This document shows positions 62,114 through 64,000 of a stretch of 64,000 nt of DNA, one piece after another; the first letter of the stretch is position 1, and each line of letters starts with the position of its first letter. The notes under the pieces are model-generated. The model was not told where the DNA came from and made no database searches. It saw only the letters and a list, made by a program, of their open reading frames with translations. This DNA comes from an uncultured Chloroflexia bacterium (GTDB lineage: Bacteria; Chloroflexota; Anaerolineae; B4-G1; SLSP01). The position numbers were made by a program, and so were the translations under genes. The stretch spans positions 192,001 to 256,000 of the forward strand of contig CAVVUS010000010.1 in assembly GCA_963751345.1 (NCBI GenBank), written 5' to 3'.

Positions 62114-62551
62114 ATGTTCACAGATTCGTACGCCGGCGACCTCGAGGTCGTCGTGGTTGGGATTGCACCCGGCGAGATGCTGTTGGAGACGATTGAGGCG
62201 GCGATTAAGGAGCACGGCGTCCGGAACGGCGCCGTGGTGTCGGGGATTGGAACCCTCAAGGTTGCTCGGATGCACCATATCGAGCACGATCGATTCCCGC
62301 CCGATGATCGGATCTTCATCGTCGAGAAACCCCTGGAAGTGTCGAGCATCAGCGGCATCATCGCTGATGGCAAGCCACATCTGCACATGACGGTGGGATT
62401 CCGCGACGAATGGTCGATCGCCGGACATCTCGAACCCGGCTCGGAGGTGCTATATCTGGCCGAAGTGGTGATCCTCCGGTTCGATGGCTTGGAGTTGGAT
62501 CGGCACTTTGATGCCGAGCGGCGGATCAGCCTGCTGGGAAGGAAAGGCTGA
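62114..62551 (+). CDS. PPC-domain (DUF296) protein
   Basis: PGEMLLETI, SGIGTL, EVSSISG, PHLHMT, GHL...LAEV. Confidence 0.88.
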   Translation: MFTDSYAGDLEVVVVGIAPGEMLLETIEAAIKEHGVRNGAVVSGIGTLKVARMHHIEHDRFPPDDRIFIVEKPLEVSSISGIIADGKPHLHMTVGFRDEWSIAGHLEPGSEVLYLAEVVILRFDGLELDRHFDAERRISLLGRKG

Positions 62552-62579
62552 TTGACAAGCCGGGAACCTGGTTTAGAAT
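62552..62579 (+). promoter_or_regulatory. sigma70 promoter of the GNAT-operon leader
   Basis: TTGACA-16nt-TAGAAT. Confidence 0.8.
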
Positions 62580-62608
62580 AGAAGCACCATTCTTTTAGGA
62601 GGCGCACG

Positions 62609-62677
62609 ATGTCGATGAACAATAGCTCTGCTGTCGCAACCAACGACCGACAAGTGCGCCTGTACCTGGCAGGATAA
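62609..62677 (+). CDS. Attenuator leader peptide MSMNNSSAVATNDRQVRLYLAG
   Basis: RBS AGGAGG; shares GTGCGCCTGT (VRL) with the aspS leader; followed by double terminators. Confidence 0.72.
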   Translation: MSMNNSSAVATNDRQVRLYLAG

Positions 62678-62706
62678 CCACGATCTGCTAGCATAGGTTT
62701 CCAACC

Positions 62707-62812
62707 AAGCCACGGGCTCACTTCGGCCCGTGGCTTTTTTGTTCCCTCATCCAGAGACAACGCCTCCGCGTCTGTTATAGCCACGGGCCCACCGGGTCTC
62801 GTGGCTTTCTTT
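62707..62812 (+). terminator. Two tandem intrinsic terminators (attenuator) upstream of the GNAT gene
   Basis: AAGCCACGGGC...GCCCGTGGCTTTTTT (62707-62740) and AGCCACGGG...CTCGTGGCTTTCTTT (62779-62812). Confidence 0.85.
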
Positions 62813-62932
62813 GTTTCCATGTGGGAGGTGAGTGATGTCAGAACGACGGATGGATGTGCCAAGTGCTGAAATGGCGGAAATGAGCACCGAATGGGTACCT
62901 ATTCATGAAGCTGGAAACCAGGGAGTTGAGGA

Positions 62933-63916
62933 ATGTTTGATGAAGTAGACGATCTCACCCTCAGGCCGTTCAAGCCTGAGGATGCGTCGAAGATGGTGGA
63001 ACTGCAGCGGCGCTGCTTGGAGGAGTCCCGCGATACCAGCCTGCTGCCTGAGGGTTTCTATTTCAGCCCCGGCTTTGCCGGTGGGGACAATATCCTGTGT
63101 GCCGTTGACAGCGCCGGGACGCTCGTCGGGCACGCGATGGTCTACCCGAGCCATGTCCATCCACAACTGGGCGTCTGGATGCTATGGCTGGACTTGCGGG
63201 TGGATCCCGACTATGCACCTGCGGATCAACTCAGGGATCGCCTGCTGGAGCGCATCCAGGTGCGCGCGCGAGAGATCCAAGCCGGGTTGGACCGGCGGGC
63301 GATGCTCTACGCTACGTATCTCTCTGAGGGCGGGGCTAGCCTCGCCTATCTGCGATCCAGAGGATTCGAGCTCGTGGAACGCATCTACCAGATGCAGCGG
63401 GACCTATCGAAGCCTGTCCCGGACTATCCTCAACCGGAAGGTGCGGAGGTTCGGGACTGGCGGATGGAGACTGAGGAGGAGCAGCGCCGCTACCTGGAGG
63501 CCTATGATGCCTCCTTCGAGAACGAGAGCAAGCCCCTGGAGCGACTGCAGCACTTCATGGGATGGTCGGCGTGGGCGCCCGGCACAACCTTCACTGCCTT
63601 TGTCGATGACCGGGTGGTGGGGAGCGTGATGGTCTACTACGAGCCTGACCTGGAACAGAACGAGGAGCGTGTCGGTTACACGGAGTACGTTTTCGTCCGT
63701 CCCGGATGGCGGCGGCAAGGCCTCGCCCGCCACCTCGTGACGCGGGGACTCCACTTCCTGAAGGAACGGGGGCTCGCTTACGCGCGGCTGGAAGTTGCCG
63801 CGCACAACGAGGGGGCTGTCGGGCTCTATAGGTCGCTGGGATACGAGCGCCTGCACGAGGAGATCACACTCGGTCTGCGCCTCGACGATCCGGTGGGCGC
63901 AGGGGGCAACGTATGA
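62933..63916 (+). CDS. Tandem-domain GNAT acetyltransferase
   Basis: Two GNAT folds; VFVRPGWRRQGLA acetyl-CoA motif, NEGAVGLYRSLGY. Confidence 0.92.
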   Translation: MFDEVDDLTLRPFKPEDASKMVELQRRCLEESRDTSLLPEGFYFSPGFAGGDNILCAVDSAGTLVGHAMVYPSHVHPQLGVWMLWLDLRVDPDYAPADQLRDRLLERIQVRAREIQAGLDRRAMLYATYLSEGGASLAYLRSRGFELVERIYQMQRDLSKPVPDYPQPEGAEVRDWRMETEEEQRRYLEAYDASFENESKPLERLQHFMGWSAWAPGTTFTAFVDDRVVGSVMVYYEPDLEQNEERVGYTEYVFVRPGWRRQGLARHLVTRGLHFLKERGLAYARLEVAAHNEGAVGLYRSLGYERLHEEITLGLRLDDPVGAGGNV

Positions 63917-64000
63917 CTCCGCCGAGCACACTCGAGGATCATACATCCGTGACGTCCGACTCCACGACTGACACCGATCTCCCGCGCGTGCAGGGGCTCG
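63913..64000 (+). CDS. Start of the next operon gene (3' truncated)
   Basis: ATGA overlap with the GNAT stop; frame open to the window end (MTPPSTLED...PRVQGL). Confidence 0.5.
   Translation, partial: MTPPSTLEDHTSVTSDSTTDTDLPRVQGL

Overview
This is a GC-rich bacterial chromosomal window. Its gene content and protein features (Thr/Pro-rich lipoproteins, a C-terminal 'IYVPVVM'-type motif, gap-pgk-tpi linked to yvcK-rsfS) suggest an anaerobic Chloroflexota (Anaerolineae-like) genome; that assignment is inference. Housekeeping genes: tRNA-Leu(TAG), an isolated nuoB-nuoCD-nuoI module, gap/pgk/tpiA, yvcK, rsfS, csp and aspS-gatCAB. Other content: three tandem M42 peptidases, a corrinoid methyltransferase module, several clan GH-A glycoside hydrolases, a LacI/family-5 ABC uptake cluster, two paralogous B12-binding radical SAM genes, and a GT2/SBP/CE7 cluster. 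Many genes carry single-base frameshifts (aspS, gatA, gatB, ABC genes), most likely sequencing indels. No CRISPR array, rRNA, intact IS or prophage was seen. The most interesting unexplained signals are: (1) an Asn/Gln/Asp-rich leader-peptide attenuator with an antiterminator and double terminators upstream of aspS-gatCAB, plus a homologous, co-varying copy upstream of a GNAT operon; (2) a probable archaeo-eukaryotic primase (AEP)-like domain fused to HEAT repeats; (3) twelve sigma70-like promoters that all have a 16-nt spacer; (4) a bistable structured leader RNA upstream of a DUF211 gene; (5) small inverted-repeat elements anchored on stop codons.
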